Positions 17,402 to 28,724 of a stretch of 64,000 bases of DNA are shown here, piece after piece; position 1 is the first letter of the stretch; each line of letters begins with the position of its first letter. A program made the translations under genes and the position numbers. The stretch is from NCBI GenBank assembly GCA_965207975.1, contig OZ242315.1, positions 4,106,449-4,170,448 of the forward strand, written 5' to 3'. Source of the DNA: Candidatus Poribacteria bacterium. Its GTDB lineage: Bacteria; Poribacteria; WGA-4E; PCPOR2b. The notes beneath the pieces were generated by a model. The model worked only from the letters and a program-made list of their open reading frames with translations, did not search any database and had not been told where the DNA came from.

Positions 17402-20400
17402 ATGTCCCAACCCAACGATTTTGGTGTTAATCAGGATTCGATAGTCGCTGCACCATCGGATGAGACTGCTGACATCAAAGCCGCTTCTCTCGAAGAAAAT
17501 GCACAACAACAGGGCTTGAAAATCGATCGACGGTATACCTTGCCCGGTGTGCATCCATTCGATACCATTGAGTGGGAACCTCGAAGTTCGGTGATCTATA
17601 ATGAAAAAGGCGAGGCAATCTTCGAGAAAAACGAGGTTGAGGTGCCGTCAAACTGGTCGCAGTTGGCAGCGGATATTGCGGTGTCCAAATATTTCCGTAA
17701 AGCCGGCGTGCCTGAAACGGAGAGCGAAACAAGCGTTCGTCAACTCATCCAACGGGTCGCGCATACCATCCGCCACGCCGGCGAAGCCTTTGGCGGCTAC
17801 TTTGCCACACCGGAGGATGCTGATGCCTTTGAGATGGAACTGACAGATCTGCTTGTGATGCAGCGCGGTGCGTTCAATTCGCCGGTCTGGTTTAATTGTG
17901 GACTATATCATCAATATGGAATTATAGGCGGAACCGGCAACTGGTATTGGGACGTTGAAAAGAACAGTGTAGTCCAGACAGAAAACAACTATGACCACCC
18001 ACAATGCAGCGCGTGCTTCATACAATCTGTTGACGATGACCTGATGTCGATTTTCCAGTTGGTCAAAAATGAGGCGCGTGTCTTTAAGTACGGTTCAGGG
18101 ACCGGAACGAATTTTTTCAAGATTCGAGGACGGCAAGAAAAACTCTCCGGCGGCGGGACAAGTAGCGGACTAATGTCTTTTCTTGAGGTTTTTGACCGAG
18201 GGGCAGGCGCGACCAAATCTGGAGGGACTACCAGACGCGCGGCAAAGATGGTATGCCTCGATATGGATCACCCGGAAATCGTTGATTTCATCAACTGGAA
18301 GGTGAATGAGGAAAAGAAGGTAGCAGCACTTGTCGCTGCGGGTTATCCCTCTGACTTCAATGGAGAGGCATATAAGACCGTCTCAGGGCAAAACTCAAAT
18401 AACTCTGTCCGAATCACGGACGAATTCATGAATGCCTATCTACGCGGTGATAAATGGCATACAAAGTTCCGTACAACGGGCGAAATCTGTGAAACATTTG
18501 AAGCGAAAGATCTCATGCGTCAAATCTCCGAAGCTGCTTGGGCTTGTGCGGATCCAGGTATGCAGTTTGACACGACGATTAACGACTGGCATACCTGTGC
18601 GAATACCGATCGAATTTATAGCAGTAATCCATGTTCAGAATATATGTTCCTTGACGACTCCGCATGTAATCTCGCTTCTATCAATCTACTCAAATTCGTT
18701 GATGAAGATGGAAACTTTGATATCGAAGGGTTCAAGCATGCCTGCCGAATCTTCTTCATCGGTCAGGAAATCCTTGTGGATTTCTCCTCCTATCCAACCG
18801 GGCCAATCGCTCAAAACAGCCACGACTATCGACCACTCGGATTGGGATATGCCAATCTGGGAACTTTGCTGATGGTCAACGGTATCCCCTACGACAGCGA
18901 AGAAGGATATGCCATCGCCGGCGCGCTCACAGCAATCCTCTGTGGTGAAGCGTATCGGGCATCCGCTGAGATGGCTGCGGTCAAAGGTCCCTTCCCCAGT
19001 TTCGAGAAGAACCGCGAACCGATGCTGCATGTGATGAGTAAACATCGTTCCGCAGCCTATCGCATTAATCCAGATGTCTGCCCGCCTAACCTTTTGAAGG
19101 CAGCACAACAGACGTGGGATGATGCGGTTGAAATGGGTGAGCGCTACGGCTATCGGAATGCACAAGCGACAGTGCTAGCGCCTACCGGCACCATAGGGCT
19201 GCTGATGGAATGCGATACGACCGGCGTTGAACCTGAGTTCGCGCTCGTGAAATTCAAGAAGTTGGCGGGCGGCGGTTACTTTAAGATTATCAACCAATCC
19301 GTGCCACGCGCATTGAAAAAGCTTGGTTATACGGACAAAGAGATTGACGACATTGTGACCTATGTGCAAGGGACTTCCTCACTGATCGGTTCGGCGCATA
19401 TCAATAATGTCTCGCTTAGACGGAAGGGTTTCACTGACGAGGAGATCGGTCAGATTGAAGCGACGCTACCCTCCGTCTTTGAGTTGGCGCATGCGTTTAA
19501 CGCCTACACCATTGGAGAGGAAGGGATGGCGCGTCTCGGATTTGATCCTCAGCAATATAACGCACCAGATTTTGATCTCTTGGGTGAGTTGGGATTTACA
19601 CAGCAGCAAGTTGAAGAAGCAAGCAAGGTAATTTGCGGTATGATGACCATTGAAGGTGCACCGCATCTGAAAGCTGAACACCTACCCGTCTTTGATTGTG
19701 CCAACAAATGTGGGAATTATGGTCAGCGTTACATTGAGCCGATGGCACATGTTCGCATGGTCGCCGCGACGCAGCCATTTCTGAGTGGATCGATATCCAA
19801 AACCATCAACATGCCCCACGAAACGGCGGTTGAAGAGGTCGAGGACCTTTATGTTGAGGCGTGGAAACTGGGGTTGAAGGCGGTGGCACTTTATCGGGAT
19901 GGATCGAAGTTGTCCCAACCTCTCAGCACAACGAGAGCAGAAACAGAGGAAGAGGAAGCGGAAGTGCGACCCATCCGCCGTCGTCTACCCAATGAACGCG
20001 CTTCAATCACCCATAAATTCAGCGTTGCAGGTCATGAGGGCTATATCACGGTCGGATTTTACGAAGATGGCACACCGGGCGAGGTGTTTCTCAAGATGTC
20101 AAAGGAAGGCTCAGTTATCTCTGGATTGATGGATACGATCGCGACAATGACTTCTATCTCGCTGCAATACGGCGTTCCGCTGGAGTCACTGGTCAACAAG
20201 TTCAGTCATGTCGGATTTGAACCTGCGGGATTTACCAACAATAAGGATATCCCGATAGCAAAGTCAATCATCGACTATGTATTCCGTTGGTTGGGACTGA
20301 AGTTCGCACCTCAAAGCGAAGCGCTTGCCGGAGGAGATGGAAGCCTCGGTGATCAACTTGCTCAACCCCAGCAGCTGCTCCCCTACGAAGATGACATCAA

Positions 20401-20557
20401 TCAGGAAGAGAACGCCCAGAGGTTAGAAGCACGCGAAAAACGCGTCGCAGCGATGCAGTCAGATGCCCCTCCCTGTCATGATTGCGGGACAATTATGGTG
20501 CGAAACGGTACGTGCTATCGTTGTCTGAATTGCGGCGCGACAAGTGGGTGCTCGTAG
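17402..20557 (+). CDS. nrdJ: Class II (adenosylcobalamin-dependent) ribonucleotide reductase NrdJ
   Basis: Large RNR catalytic core with a C-terminal zinc-finger tail (CHDCGTIMVRNGTCYRCLNCG) typical of NrdJ. The RBS aaggaa favours the ATG at 17402 (MSQPND..) over 17387. Confidence 0.85.
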   Translation: MSQPNDFGVNQDSIVAAPSDETADIKAASLEENAQQQGLKIDRRYTLPGVHPFDTIEWEPRSSVIYNEKGEAIFEKNEVEVPSNWSQLAADIAVSKYFRKAGVPETESETSVRQLIQRVAHTIRHAGEAFGGYFATPEDADAFEMELTDLLVMQRGAFNSPVWFNCGLYHQYGIIGGTGNWYWDVEKNSVVQTENNYDHPQCSACFIQSVDDDLMSIFQLVKNEARVFKYGSGTGTNFFKIRGRQEKLSGGGTSSGLMSFLEVFDRGAGATKSGGTTRRAAKMVCLDMDHPEIVDFINWKVNEEKKVAALVAAGYPSDFNGEAYKTVSGQNSNNSVRITDEFMNAYLRGDKWHTKFRTTGEICETFEAKDLMRQISEAAWACADPGMQFDTTINDWHTCANTDRIYSSNPCSEYMFLDDSACNLASINLLKFVDEDGNFDIEGFKHACRIFFIGQEILVDFSSYPTGPIAQNSHDYRPLGLGYANLGTLLMVNGIPYDSEEGYAIAGALTAILCGEAYRASAEMAAVKGPFPSFEKNREPMLHVMSKHRSAAYRINPDVCPPNLLKAAQQTWDDAVEMGERYGYRNAQATVLAPTGTIGLLMECDTTGVEPEFALVKFKKLAGGGYFKIINQSVPRALKKLGYTDKEIDDIVTYVQGTSSLIGSAHINNVSLRRKGFTDEEIGQIEATLPSVFELAHAFNAYTIGEEGMARLGFDPQQYNAPDFDLLGELGFTQQQVEEASKVICGMMTIEGAPHLKAEHLPVFDCANKCGNYGQRYIEPMAHVRMVAATQPFLSGSISKTINMPHETAVEEVEDLYVEAWKLGLKAVALYRDGSKLSQPLSTTRAETEEEEAEVRPIRRRLPNERASITHKFSVAGHEGYITVGFYEDGTPGEVFLKMSKEGSVISGLMDTIATMTSISLQYGVPLESLVNKFSHVGFEPAGFTNNKDIPIAKSIIDYVFRWLGLKFAPQSEALAGGDGSLGDQLAQPQQLLPYEDDINQEENAQRLEAREKRVAAMQSDAPPCHDCGTIMVRNGTCYRCLNCGATSGCS

Positions 20558-20566
20558 GATTGAAGT

Positions 20567-21130
20567 ATGAGGCAGATGAATCCGACAATTAGAAGCATCG
20601 TTGAAGAAGCGTGCAAAAAAGAGGCTAACAAGTATGGGTATGGTATTTGGAGTCATCACATCCTGCTTGTTGTGAAATACGGCAAGCTGCTAGCACAAAG
20701 GTTGGAAGCCGATCCAGAGATTGTCGAAATTGCCGCCTTGTTACACGACTATGCTAGTATCAAGGAAAAATCCCTTACTCCAGAACACCATCTTCATAGT
20801 GCTCAAAAGGCAGAGAAAATCTTAAGATCTCTCGGCTACCCTGAAGATACGATAACCGCTGTCAAGCAGTGTATTGTTTCTCATCGGGGGAGTATCAATC
20901 TGGAGAAACAAACGGCAGAGGCAGTTTGCCTTGCCAGTGCCGATGCCATAGCTCACATTGATCAAATTCCATCTTTGTTTTACCTTGTTTTTGTTCAACA
21001 TCAGATGGAAATTGATGAGGGAACGGCTTGGGTAAGGGCAAAATTAGAACGCAGTTGGAATAAATTATGCCCTGAAGGCAAGGAAATGATTAAGGAAAAA
21101 TACGAAGCCGCCCAGAAGATTGTACAATAA
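20567..21130 (+). CDS. HD-domain phosphohydrolase
   Basis: H...HD motif (LLHDYAS) plus downstream His/Asp residues. It starts 9 bp after the nrdJ stop, so it is probably the third gene of the nrdR-nrdJ operon. Confidence 0.65.
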   Translation: MRQMNPTIRSIVEEACKKEANKYGYGIWSHHILLVVKYGKLLAQRLEADPEIVEIAALLHDYASIKEKSLTPEHHLHSAQKAEKILRSLGYPEDTITAVKQCIVSHRGSINLEKQTAEAVCLASADAIAHIDQIPSLFYLVFVQHQMEIDEGTAWVRAKLERSWNKLCPEGKEMIKEKYEAAQKIVQ

Positions 21131-21234
21131 GCGCATCTACCTGTCAGAGAACAAGGGCGCAAACAAACACCTTCACCTATTTTGCCTCCGAGTCTCAAGT
21201 TGGAGAAATAACGTTCAATCCTGCCGTTGTTCAA

Positions 21235-22137
21235 CTATCCATAGATTAGGCGCAGTAGATTAAAGCCAATCATCCCCGCCACAACCAAAACGATAAACGC
21301 AAAACAGAAGCGAAGCGAATCGCCTTGTATCCTCTGATTAGCCATTACCCCTACCTGTGCACAGATTGTGGACCCAATTAGCAAAAACACAACCAGCCAT
21401 AAATCGACATTGCCCCGCATTGCGTGAGTAGCGGTCCCATAAGCAGCAGAAAAAAATACGATAAGCGAAGTCGTGCCAACCGCCGCATGTGTCTCAACGC
21501 CATATCCGTAGATCAGCAGCGGCACGAAGAGGATACCGCCGCCAATCCCAAGCAATCCTGTGAAAATACCGATGACGAGTGCTGAATAAACAATTGCCGG
21601 GAGTGAGATTCGGCGAACATCGCTGATGGGAAAGGAAACGTAAGGCGGGATCGGTAGGGCTTGAAGTAAGCTGAGCGGCTGTTTGTGATCGCTTTTTCTT
21701 CTGTGAATCAGCGATTCGATGAGAATCAATCCTGAAACGGTGATAAGCACCCCGAAGAAGAGCCATTGTAGATAAAACTGAAGTGCTGGCATTGATTGCT
21801 TCCCGACACTGATTGCTCCCAGTTTATCCAGCCAGTCGAGCAGATATACCCCAATCTCAATACCGACAAAATTACCACCGACAATCATCAATGCTAGTTT
21901 CGCATCTATATTGCCGAACTTCCAATACCGCAATACGGCAGAGAAAGTGGTGCCGGCTGTCCGAGAAAGCGTACTTCCGATGCAAATTGGGAAGGGAATG
22001 CCGAATAGGATATTGAGGATTGGGGTGATTAGCGGTCCCCCACCGATCCCGAAGAAGCCTGATAGGAAACCGCTGATGCACCCTAAAGCAATCAACCCCA
22101 AGATATTAACAGGTATGCCACTGATATCGACGTTCAT
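21235..22137 (-). CDS. TauE/SafE family sulfite-exporter-like membrane protein
   Basis: 300 aa, about 8 TM helices, duplicated halves, and glycine-rich motifs (FLSGFFGIGGG, GLLGIGGG) typical of TauE/SafE. Confidence 0.7.
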   Translation of the reverse strand: MNVDISGIPVNILGLIALGCISGFLSGFFGIGGGPLITPILNILFGIPFPICIGSTLSRTAGTTFSAVLRYWKFGNIDAKLALMIVGGNFVGIEIGVYLLDWLDKLGAISVGKQSMPALQFYLQWLFFGVLITVSGLILIESLIHRRKSDHKQPLSLLQALPIPPYVSFPISDVRRISLPAIVYSALVIGIFTGLLGIGGGILFVPLLIYGYGVETHAAVGTTSLIVFFSAAYGTATHAMRGNVDLWLVVFLLIGSTICAQVGVMANQRIQGDSLRFCFAFIVLVVAGMIGFNLLRLIYG

Positions 22138-22151
22138 CTAACGTTATAAAT

Positions 22152-22291
22152 TCAAATGTGATAATCAATTTTAGGGTTGTGGGGAGTTGAACGGCCGGTA
22201 CGACGTTCGAGAAAGGTAAAGATCCAGTTAATAAGTGCCCCCCAAGCTATGGGAAAGAGTAAACAGATTAGAACGTTGAGAATGTCTTTCA
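22152..22291 (-). CDS. Unlisted small hydrophobic ORF (46 aa, MKDILNVLICLLFPIAWGALINWIFTFLERR...) 14 bp upstream of the TauE gene
   Basis: Manual translation of the minus strand. It has a single predicted TM helix. It falls below the ORF-track size cutoff. Confidence 0.25.
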
Positions 22292-22521
22292 TGCAGGACT
22301 CCAATTCGATGGAACATCAAAATCTGCTTGTACCGCCCGGCAAAAGTTTGTGATCCCTCCCAAGTTCCCTCCGTATCCGTCCGATTCCCCCAACATCTTG
22401 AGAGTTCTAGACCGCTATCAATAGAGGTCTTGGGGATGTGTACCGTCGTATACTCGCACATCACAAGTATAGAGGAAAGCCGTGCTATTGTAAAGGGAAA
22501 AATCGATCAAATTCTTTTTGC

Positions 22522-22550
22522 TTGCATTTCCTATGGGGGTGTGCTACAAT
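22522..22550 (+). promoter_or_regulatory. Sigma70-like promoter: -35 TTGCAT, 17-bp spacer, extended -10 TGcTACAAT
   Basis: Read directly, about 210 bp upstream of the EF-G paralog start. This implies a long 5' leader or a separate small transcript. Confidence 0.4.
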
Positions 22551-22760
22551 CACCAAGATTTTTAGAAATTTTCAAAGCAGGTCGAAATTTAGTAGATAGC
22601 ACCTTTTTGTCTTAATCGAGGAGATTCTGAAAAGTTTGAAGATAGACGAACCGGGTAGAAATGACATCAGATCTAGCTGATACAAACAAAAACTTTACAG
22701 ACCTGCTTGATTGCATATTTCTGCGATGTTTTTGATTAAACTGCACCGTAAGGAGTTTTT

Positions 22761-24833
22761 TTGATGAAGGAATATCAGACGGAACAGATTCGGAATATCG
22801 GTATTATTGGGCATTCAAGCACAGGGAAGACTTCGCTCATTGAGGCGATACTCTATAATGGGGGCACAATTGAGCGAATCGGACAGGTTGATAGTGGGAG
22901 TTCAGTTTCAGATTATGCCCCAGATGAAATTGAGCGCAAGATGACAATTAACTGTTCTGTGTGTGTCGCCGAGTGGAAAGGGTACAAGCTAAATATTATT
23001 GATACGCCCGGTGTCGAAGATTTTCATGGGGATCTTGAGAGCGTACTGCGGGTGGTAGATGCCGTTATTGTGGTGATTGATGCAACAACCGGTGTCGAAG
23101 GGGGTACGGAGAAGGTATGGGAAGCCGCTGATAGATATGAACTCCCACGGATGATCTTTATCAACAAGATGGATAAAGAGAACGCTAGTTTTGAAAACGC
23201 GCTTATGAGCGTTGATGAGGTTCTTGAAGCCCGAACGGCTGTGATGCAGGTGCCAATTGGCAAAGAAGCTGACTTTAGAGGTGTCGTTGATCTTATCCAA
23301 ATGGGAGCATTCACAGAACCGCAGGACAATAAGCCTGCTCCAAAATCAGAGACTCCTGCCGAACTTGAAGCACAAGCAGAAGAGATGCGGGAACAACTTG
23401 TTGAAGTTGCAGCGGAGAGCGATGATGAGTTGATTGAAAAGTTCTTTGAAGGTGAGCTCACCGATGAAGAGATTGGAGCTGGACTTCGTACGGGATTAAG
23501 TGCCAATCAGTTCGTACCCGTACTTTGTGGCGATGCTCTGCGGAATATCGGTGTCCAACCGCTGATGGACACGATCACGAACTGCTGCCCATCTCCGGTA
23601 GATGCCAGACCGGTTACAGGAATTGACGGTGAAACAACCTATGAAACCTCCTCGGATTCTCCGCTGTCGGCTTTGGTTTTTAAGACACTGGCAGATCCCT
23701 TCGCAGGGAGACTCAGTTTCTTCCGTGTTTATTCTGGCATCTTCAATGGTGATTCTCAGGTCTACAACGCGACGAAAGGTGAGAATGAACGAATCGGCAA
23801 ACTCGCATTCATGAATGGGAACACCTCTATTGACACCCCCCAAGTCTCCGCCGGCGATATCGGGGTTGTCTCTAAACTAACGCTTGCAGAAACGAACGAC
23901 ACATTTTGCGATGTGGGCAATTCATTCCAACTTCCCGGAGCCGACTTCCCTAAACCTGTTATCTCGTTCGCCATCGTGCCTGCGCGGGAAGGGGATGATG
24001 AGAAACTGAGCTCAACCCTCTCCCGGATGATGGAAGAAGATCCATCATTCCAGGTTGAACGGAATAGCACAACGAAACAACTGCTGGTCTCCGGTCTTGG
24101 CGAGATACATCTCACTGTCATACGCAACCGAATGCGAGACAAGTTTGGCATTGAAACTGATGTCGAAATGCCAAAAGTCTCCTATCAGGAGACAATTCGC
24201 GGTAGGGCGAGTAGTGTCCAAGGTCGGTATAAACGTCAATCTGGTGGACGCGGGCAGTTTGGTGAGGTTTGGATAAACCTGTCTCCGCTCGAACGCGGCA
24301 CCGGCTTTGAGTTTGTCAACAAGATTGTGGGTGGTTCGATCCCGCGTAATTATATCCCCGCGGTTGAGAAAGGTGTCCGTGAGTCGATGGCTCAAGGTCT
24401 GATTGCTGGGTATCCCTTCGTTGATGCCCAAGTTGAACTCTACGACGGTAAGCACCACCCCGTTGATTCCTCGGATATGGCTTTCCAGATTGCTGGCTCT
24501 TTTGCATTTCGAGAAGCAGCAAACCAATCCAATCCGGTGATGCTTGAGCCGATCATGAACGTCACAATCTCCGTCCCAGAACAGTTTATGGGTGACATTA
24601 TCGGCGACCTCAATAGCAAACGCGGAAGAATTATGGGAGTCGAGCAGGCGGGTAAACGTCAGGTGATTCAAGCGACTGCGCCGTTGGCAGAAATGTTCCG
24701 ATATTCGATAGATCTTAAATCGATTACCAGTGCACGGGGCAGCTTCACGATGGAGTTTGCATATTACGAGGAGATGCCCGATGAACTCGCCCAAAAGGTG
24801 ATTGCTGAAGCAAAATCGGAAGCGGAAGAGTAA
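22761..24833 (+). CDS. Elongation factor G family GTPase (stand-alone EF-G paralog, EF-G2-like)
   Basis: G1 GHSSTGKTS, DTPG and NKMD motifs, with EF-G domains II-V. It is not in the str operon context. Confidence 0.8.
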   Translation: MMKEYQTEQIRNIGIIGHSSTGKTSLIEAILYNGGTIERIGQVDSGSSVSDYAPDEIERKMTINCSVCVAEWKGYKLNIIDTPGVEDFHGDLESVLRVVDAVIVVIDATTGVEGGTEKVWEAADRYELPRMIFINKMDKENASFENALMSVDEVLEARTAVMQVPIGKEADFRGVVDLIQMGAFTEPQDNKPAPKSETPAELEAQAEEMREQLVEVAAESDDELIEKFFEGELTDEEIGAGLRTGLSANQFVPVLCGDALRNIGVQPLMDTITNCCPSPVDARPVTGIDGETTYETSSDSPLSALVFKTLADPFAGRLSFFRVYSGIFNGDSQVYNATKGENERIGKLAFMNGNTSIDTPQVSAGDIGVVSKLTLAETNDTFCDVGNSFQLPGADFPKPVISFAIVPAREGDDEKLSSTLSRMMEEDPSFQVERNSTTKQLLVSGLGEIHLTVIRNRMRDKFGIETDVEMPKVSYQETIRGRASSVQGRYKRQSGGRGQFGEVWINLSPLERGTGFEFVNKIVGGSIPRNYIPAVEKGVRESMAQGLIAGYPFVDAQVELYDGKHHPVDSSDMAFQIAGSFAFREAANQSNPVMLEPIMNVTISVPEQFMGDIIGDLNSKRGRIMGVEQAGKRQVIQATAPLAEMFRYSIDLKSITSARGSFTMEFAYYEEMPDELAQKVIAEAKSEAEE

Positions 24834-24880
24834 ACCGTACTATACTTTTTGCCTCATATTCAGAAGTCGTGCGACAGAAG

Positions 24881-24916
24881 CCGAGTTTTTGACCAAAAAC
24901 TCGGTTTCTTTTTTGC
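24881..24916 (+). terminator. Intrinsic terminator formed by a REP-like palindrome: ccgagttttt-gacca-aaaactcgg followed by TTTCTTTTTT
   Basis: A 10-bp stem, 5-nt loop and U-tract, 48 bp after the EF-G paralog stop. Confidence 0.6.
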
Positions 24917-25028
24917 TCTGTGCTTTGTGAGAGAGTTTTAAGGAAATGGCGGCTGCGAAGATAAAGTAGATTTTGAGGTGTAGGTAAGATGTAAATGTAC
25001 AAGATTTTCACGTTTCACGCATCACGTT

Positions 25029-28000
25029 TTACGCTGCAATCTCATTTCCAAACTTTGCTGAAACAATCTTTGACAAACCTGCTTGCTCCATCGTCACACC
25101 GTACATGATATCGGCGATCTCCATCGTCCGCTTGTTGTGGGTAATGATAATAAACTGGGTCTGTTGGGCGTATTTCCGAATAAGGTTCGTGAAACGGAGC
25201 ACGTTCGCTTCGTCGAGCGCGGCATCAACTTCATCCAGAACACAGAACGGGCTCGGCTTAATCTTGAACACGGCGAAGAGCAGGGCAATGGCAACAAGTG
25301 ACCGCTCCCCGCCGGAGAGTTGTGTGATACTCTGTGGTCTCTTACCCGGTGGGCAGGCGATGATATCAATCCCCGCTTCTAATACATCAGATTCGTCTGT
25401 CAAACGTAACTCCGTTTCCCCGCCTCCGAAGAGTTCCTCAAACACCTCCTGAAAGTTAGCGCGTATCTGCTCAAATGCTTCGAGGAACGTCTCACGCGAA
25501 GTCCGGTTAATCTTCTGAATTGCTTGATTGACCGATTCGAGCGACTTCTCTAGGTCTTCGCGTTGAGTGACAAGGAAATCTTCGCGCTGCTTATGCTCCT
25601 CATACTCTTCGATCGCTACAAGATTAACAGCACCCATTCCGTCGATTTCGGTCTTCAACGTGTCAATCTGTCCCATTAATTCAAGGTCGTCAACCGGATT
25701 ATCCTCGACTTCAATCTGATCGATTGTGATTTGATACTTATCTAGAATTCGGACGGAGATAGCCTTCAATTGCATCTGTAACTGGGTTGTCGTGACCTCT
25801 AGGTGATGCCGCAGGCGATTCTGTTTATCAAATTCTCTCCTCGCTTTGCGCATCAGTTTCTGCGCTTCTGCAATCTGTTCGATTAAGCCGACATGCTCCT
25901 CCTCTAGCTGCCTAACATTTTCCTCAGCCTCGAATTTTTCCTGCTCTATCTGGAGGAATTTGCGTTGCGCTTCATCGATCTGTGAAGAAAGTTCTTCGCG
26001 AGTTTGATCATCCGAATCGATAACCGCTTGATGTTCATCGACCCTGTCGCGAATCTGTGCCTGATTTTTTTGAAGGTTCAGGATTTCAGAACTCAGACTC
26101 TGCAATTTTTCCCGTTTGCCTGCTAAGGCAATTTCAAGTTCTTGACAGGCCTCGATGACTTCCTCTCGTTTACTCTTTTCGCTCTGAATCTGTTCTGACA
26201 ATCGCTCGATGCGTCGTTGTAGCGTGCGGCGCGTCTTGGCAGCTTGCTCCAATTCAGACTGAAGTGCGTCCTGAGCTGCTTTCGCTTTTTCTGTTTCCTG
26301 ATGCAAGTTTATCTCTTCCCGCGCCACACCGTTCAACTGCTCCTCAAGTTGGGTGATCTGCCGTTGTCCCTGTTCCAAAACTTTTGATAAACTTGCATAC
26401 TCAATCTGATGTGTTTGTCCTTGTGTGATGAGGGTTTGCCGGGTCTGTTGGAGTTCCGCTAACTTACCTGCGAGTTTTTTGCTTCTGGTATCCTTTTGGT
26501 TAAGTTGGCTTGTCAGCTGATTAATACGTTCCTGTAGGTTTTCTAGCTCCCTTGAGCGGCTCAGGAGGCCGCTGGTTGAACTGGTGTTATACCCACCCGT
26601 AACCGCGCCAGAAGTATTGATTAACTCCCCCTCCAGCGTGACGAGGCGCGCGTTGTGACGGAAACTTCGTGTTAGTTTTATCGCTGTGTCGAGGTCTTCG
26701 ACCACGACTGTATTTCCCAACAGTTGCTGAACCGCAACCTCATATTTTGAATCGTAGTCTAGGAGTTCAGCTGCCAGACCGATTACACCCGCCTCCCCTA
26801 GCAAGCCATCACCCTTAAATGGACGAGTTCGCAGAATATCCAAGGGCAAGAATGTCACTCGACCCGCTTTCGTCCGCTTGAGGAACTCGATGCCGGACTG
26901 AGCATCTTCAGCGGTTTCTGTAACGATGTTTTGGATCGCGCTTCCCAATGCCACTTCGATTGCTAATTCGTAGTCCGGTTCCGTTCGGATGAGTTCGGCG
27001 ATGACACCACAAATTCCGCCGAACCGTTCTGGCTCTGTTTCGCGGACTTTCAGGATCGCCCGTACACCTGTGTAGTAACCTTCATGGGTGGCTTGCAAAT
27101 CCTTTAATGACTTAAACCGCGACGCGCTCGTACCGAGTGAATCCTGCATCCCTCGCATCTCCGACTCTAGCTTGCGGAGTTCGGTTTGATAGCGTTGGAT
27201 CTCTTCTTCAGCCTTTTGTCGTTCGGTTTCAAGGCGAATTAGGTCAGCGTTAAGCTGCTGTTCACGTCGTTGGGACTTTGTATAACTCTCTTTTTCTGTC
27301 TCCAGTTCAGCACCTAAGGCGTTTGAGCGTTCTGTAATTCGATCCAGATTGGCAGCTGAATATTCTAGCTTGTTGTTGAGCGACGCAAGTTGTGTTTCTA
27401 GTTGTGAGACCTGATTCGTGGTTTCAAGCAAATTTTCCCGCGCTGTCTCCACGGAATTTTCGGCTTCCGTCACCCGCGTATTGAGTTCGGTCAAAACTCG
27501 CCGCCGCGCGGTCAGCTTGCTTTCCTCCAACTGAAGCCAAACATCAACCTGCCTGTGCTCCTGATCACGCTCCTCCTTTTGCCTCTCCAGTTCCACCGAC
27601 TGTTTCTCCAGCAATTCAATTGCCTGAAGTGCCCGTTGACGTTGCTGCTGAATACTTAGCTGTCGTTCCTTATAAACTGCAATGTCTCGTTCTGTTTGTT
27701 CGATTTTACTAGTGAATCCGCTCACAACCCCTTGTCCCTCGCGAATTAAGCTCTCTAACTCGGCTCGGCGTGCTGTCGCATCCTCGATTTGCTGCTCGGT
27801 GGCATCGATCTGCTCATTGGCTTCTGTCACAGCAAGCATCAGTTCATCTAAGTTGAGTTGGCTCTGAGTCAACTCTTTGGCAAATCGTCCGTGCTCCCGA
27901 CGGCTGAGGTCTAGTTCGAGATTTCTCAGTTGACCATGGAGTTGTTGATAACGTTCGGCTTGTGCAGCTTGCTGTTTGAGCGATTCGGTTTCACGCTGCA

Positions 28001-28592
28001 CCGTGTGAATAACATCATTAATCCGCACAAGGTTCTGCTCAGTTGCTTCTAGCTTTTTAAGTGCCGTTTTTTTACGATGCTTGTATTTGGTGATACCTGC
28101 AACCTCGTCAAACAGGAAGCGGCGCTCTTCGGGACGAGTATTGAGAATGAGATCTATTTTGCTCTGCTCCATGACAGAATAGGCATCCACGCCGATGCCT
28201 GTATCCATGAAGAGTTCAGTAATATCTCGTAGCAAACATGGAGTGTCATTAATAAAATAGGTACTTTCACCGCTACGGGTCAATTGACGACGAACTGCAA
28301 TCTCCGGAGATTCGAGCGCGAGTTTTCCCTCAACGTTGGCGAAATGGAGAGAAGCCTGTGCTCGTTGTGCTGGTTTAAAGTTTGATCCGCCGTTGAACAG
28401 GAGGTCTTGCATATTGGCACAACGCAGGGCGCGAGGGCTCTGTTGACCCAGGACCCAACGAATTGCGTCTGACACATTGCTCTTGCCACAGCCGTTGGGA
28501 CCGACAATGGTTGTGATCCCCGGCTCCAATATTAACTCCACATCTTCGGCGAAACTCTTAAAACCACTGATTTTAATCTGATTGATATGCAA
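25029..28592 (-). CDS. smc: Chromosome segregation protein SMC
   Basis: 1187 aa. N-terminal Walker [10 protein letters not shown], long coiled coils, a central hinge, and C-terminal LSGGE signature plus Walker B ([11 protein letters not shown]). Confidence 0.9.
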   Translation of the reverse strand: MHINQIKISGFKSFAEDVELILEPGITTIVGPNGCGKSNVSDAIRWVLGQQSPRALRCANMQDLLFNGGSNFKPAQRAQASLHFANVEGKLALESPEIAVRRQLTRSGESTYFINDTPCLLRDITELFMDTGIGVDAYSVMEQSKIDLILNTRPEERRFLFDEVAGITKYKHRKKTALKKLEATEQNLVRINDVIHTVQRETESLKQQAAQAERYQQLHGQLRNLELDLSRREHGRFAKELTQSQLNLDELMLAVTEANEQIDATEQQIEDATARRAELESLIREGQGVVSGFTSKIEQTERDIAVYKERQLSIQQQRQRALQAIELLEKQSVELERQKEERDQEHRQVDVWLQLEESKLTARRRVLTELNTRVTEAENSVETARENLLETTNQVSQLETQLASLNNKLEYSAANLDRITERSNALGAELETEKESYTKSQRREQQLNADLIRLETERQKAEEEIQRYQTELRKLESEMRGMQDSLGTSASRFKSLKDLQATHEGYYTGVRAILKVRETEPERFGGICGVIAELIRTEPDYELAIEVALGSAIQNIVTETAEDAQSGIEFLKRTKAGRVTFLPLDILRTRPFKGDGLLGEAGVIGLAAELLDYDSKYEVAVQQLLGNTVVVEDLDTAIKLTRSFRHNARLVTLEGELINTSGAVTGGYNTSSTSGLLSRSRELENLQERINQLTSQLNQKDTRSKKLAGKLAELQQTRQTLITQGQTHQIEYASLSKVLEQGQRQITQLEEQLNGVAREEINLHQETEKAKAAQDALQSELEQAAKTRRTLQRRIERLSEQIQSEKSKREEVIEACQELEIALAGKREKLQSLSSEILNLQKNQAQIRDRVDEHQAVIDSDDQTREELSSQIDEAQRKFLQIEQEKFEAEENVRQLEEEHVGLIEQIAEAQKLMRKARREFDKQNRLRHHLEVTTTQLQMQLKAISVRILDKYQITIDQIEVEDNPVDDLELMGQIDTLKTEIDGMGAVNLVAIEEYEEHKQREDFLVTQREDLEKSLESVNQAIQKINRTSRETFLEAFEQIRANFQEVFEELFGGGETELRLTDESDVLEAGIDIIACPPGKRPQSITQLSGGERSLVAIALLFAVFKIKPSPFCVLDEVDAALDEANVLRFTNLIRKYAQQTQFIIITHNKRTMEIADIMYGVTMEQAGLSKIVSAKFGNEIAA

Positions 28593-28724
28593 CGGATGTT
28601 CCTCCTCCGATAGACAATTCGCAAGTTACATTTTTATTAACGTAAGTTAACCGATAAGGTTTCGGTGTTACGCTAGAAAAATCCGTTGCAGGTCGATAGA
28701 ATATACCCATATCAACTGTTTCCT

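Noticed and set aside
17387-20557. Possible intein in the 1056-aa NrdJ
   Set aside because: No intein block motifs were seen (no C/S..TxxH..HNF/HNC-type signatures at a plausible splice junction). The length is within the range of class II RNRs with C-terminal extensions.
23024-24794. Antisense ORFs within the EF-G paralog and the smc gene (e.g. 24045-24794, 25105-25452)
   Set aside because: Nested in well-supported conserved genes. Composition is Ser/Arg-rich, typical of reverse-strand artefacts.
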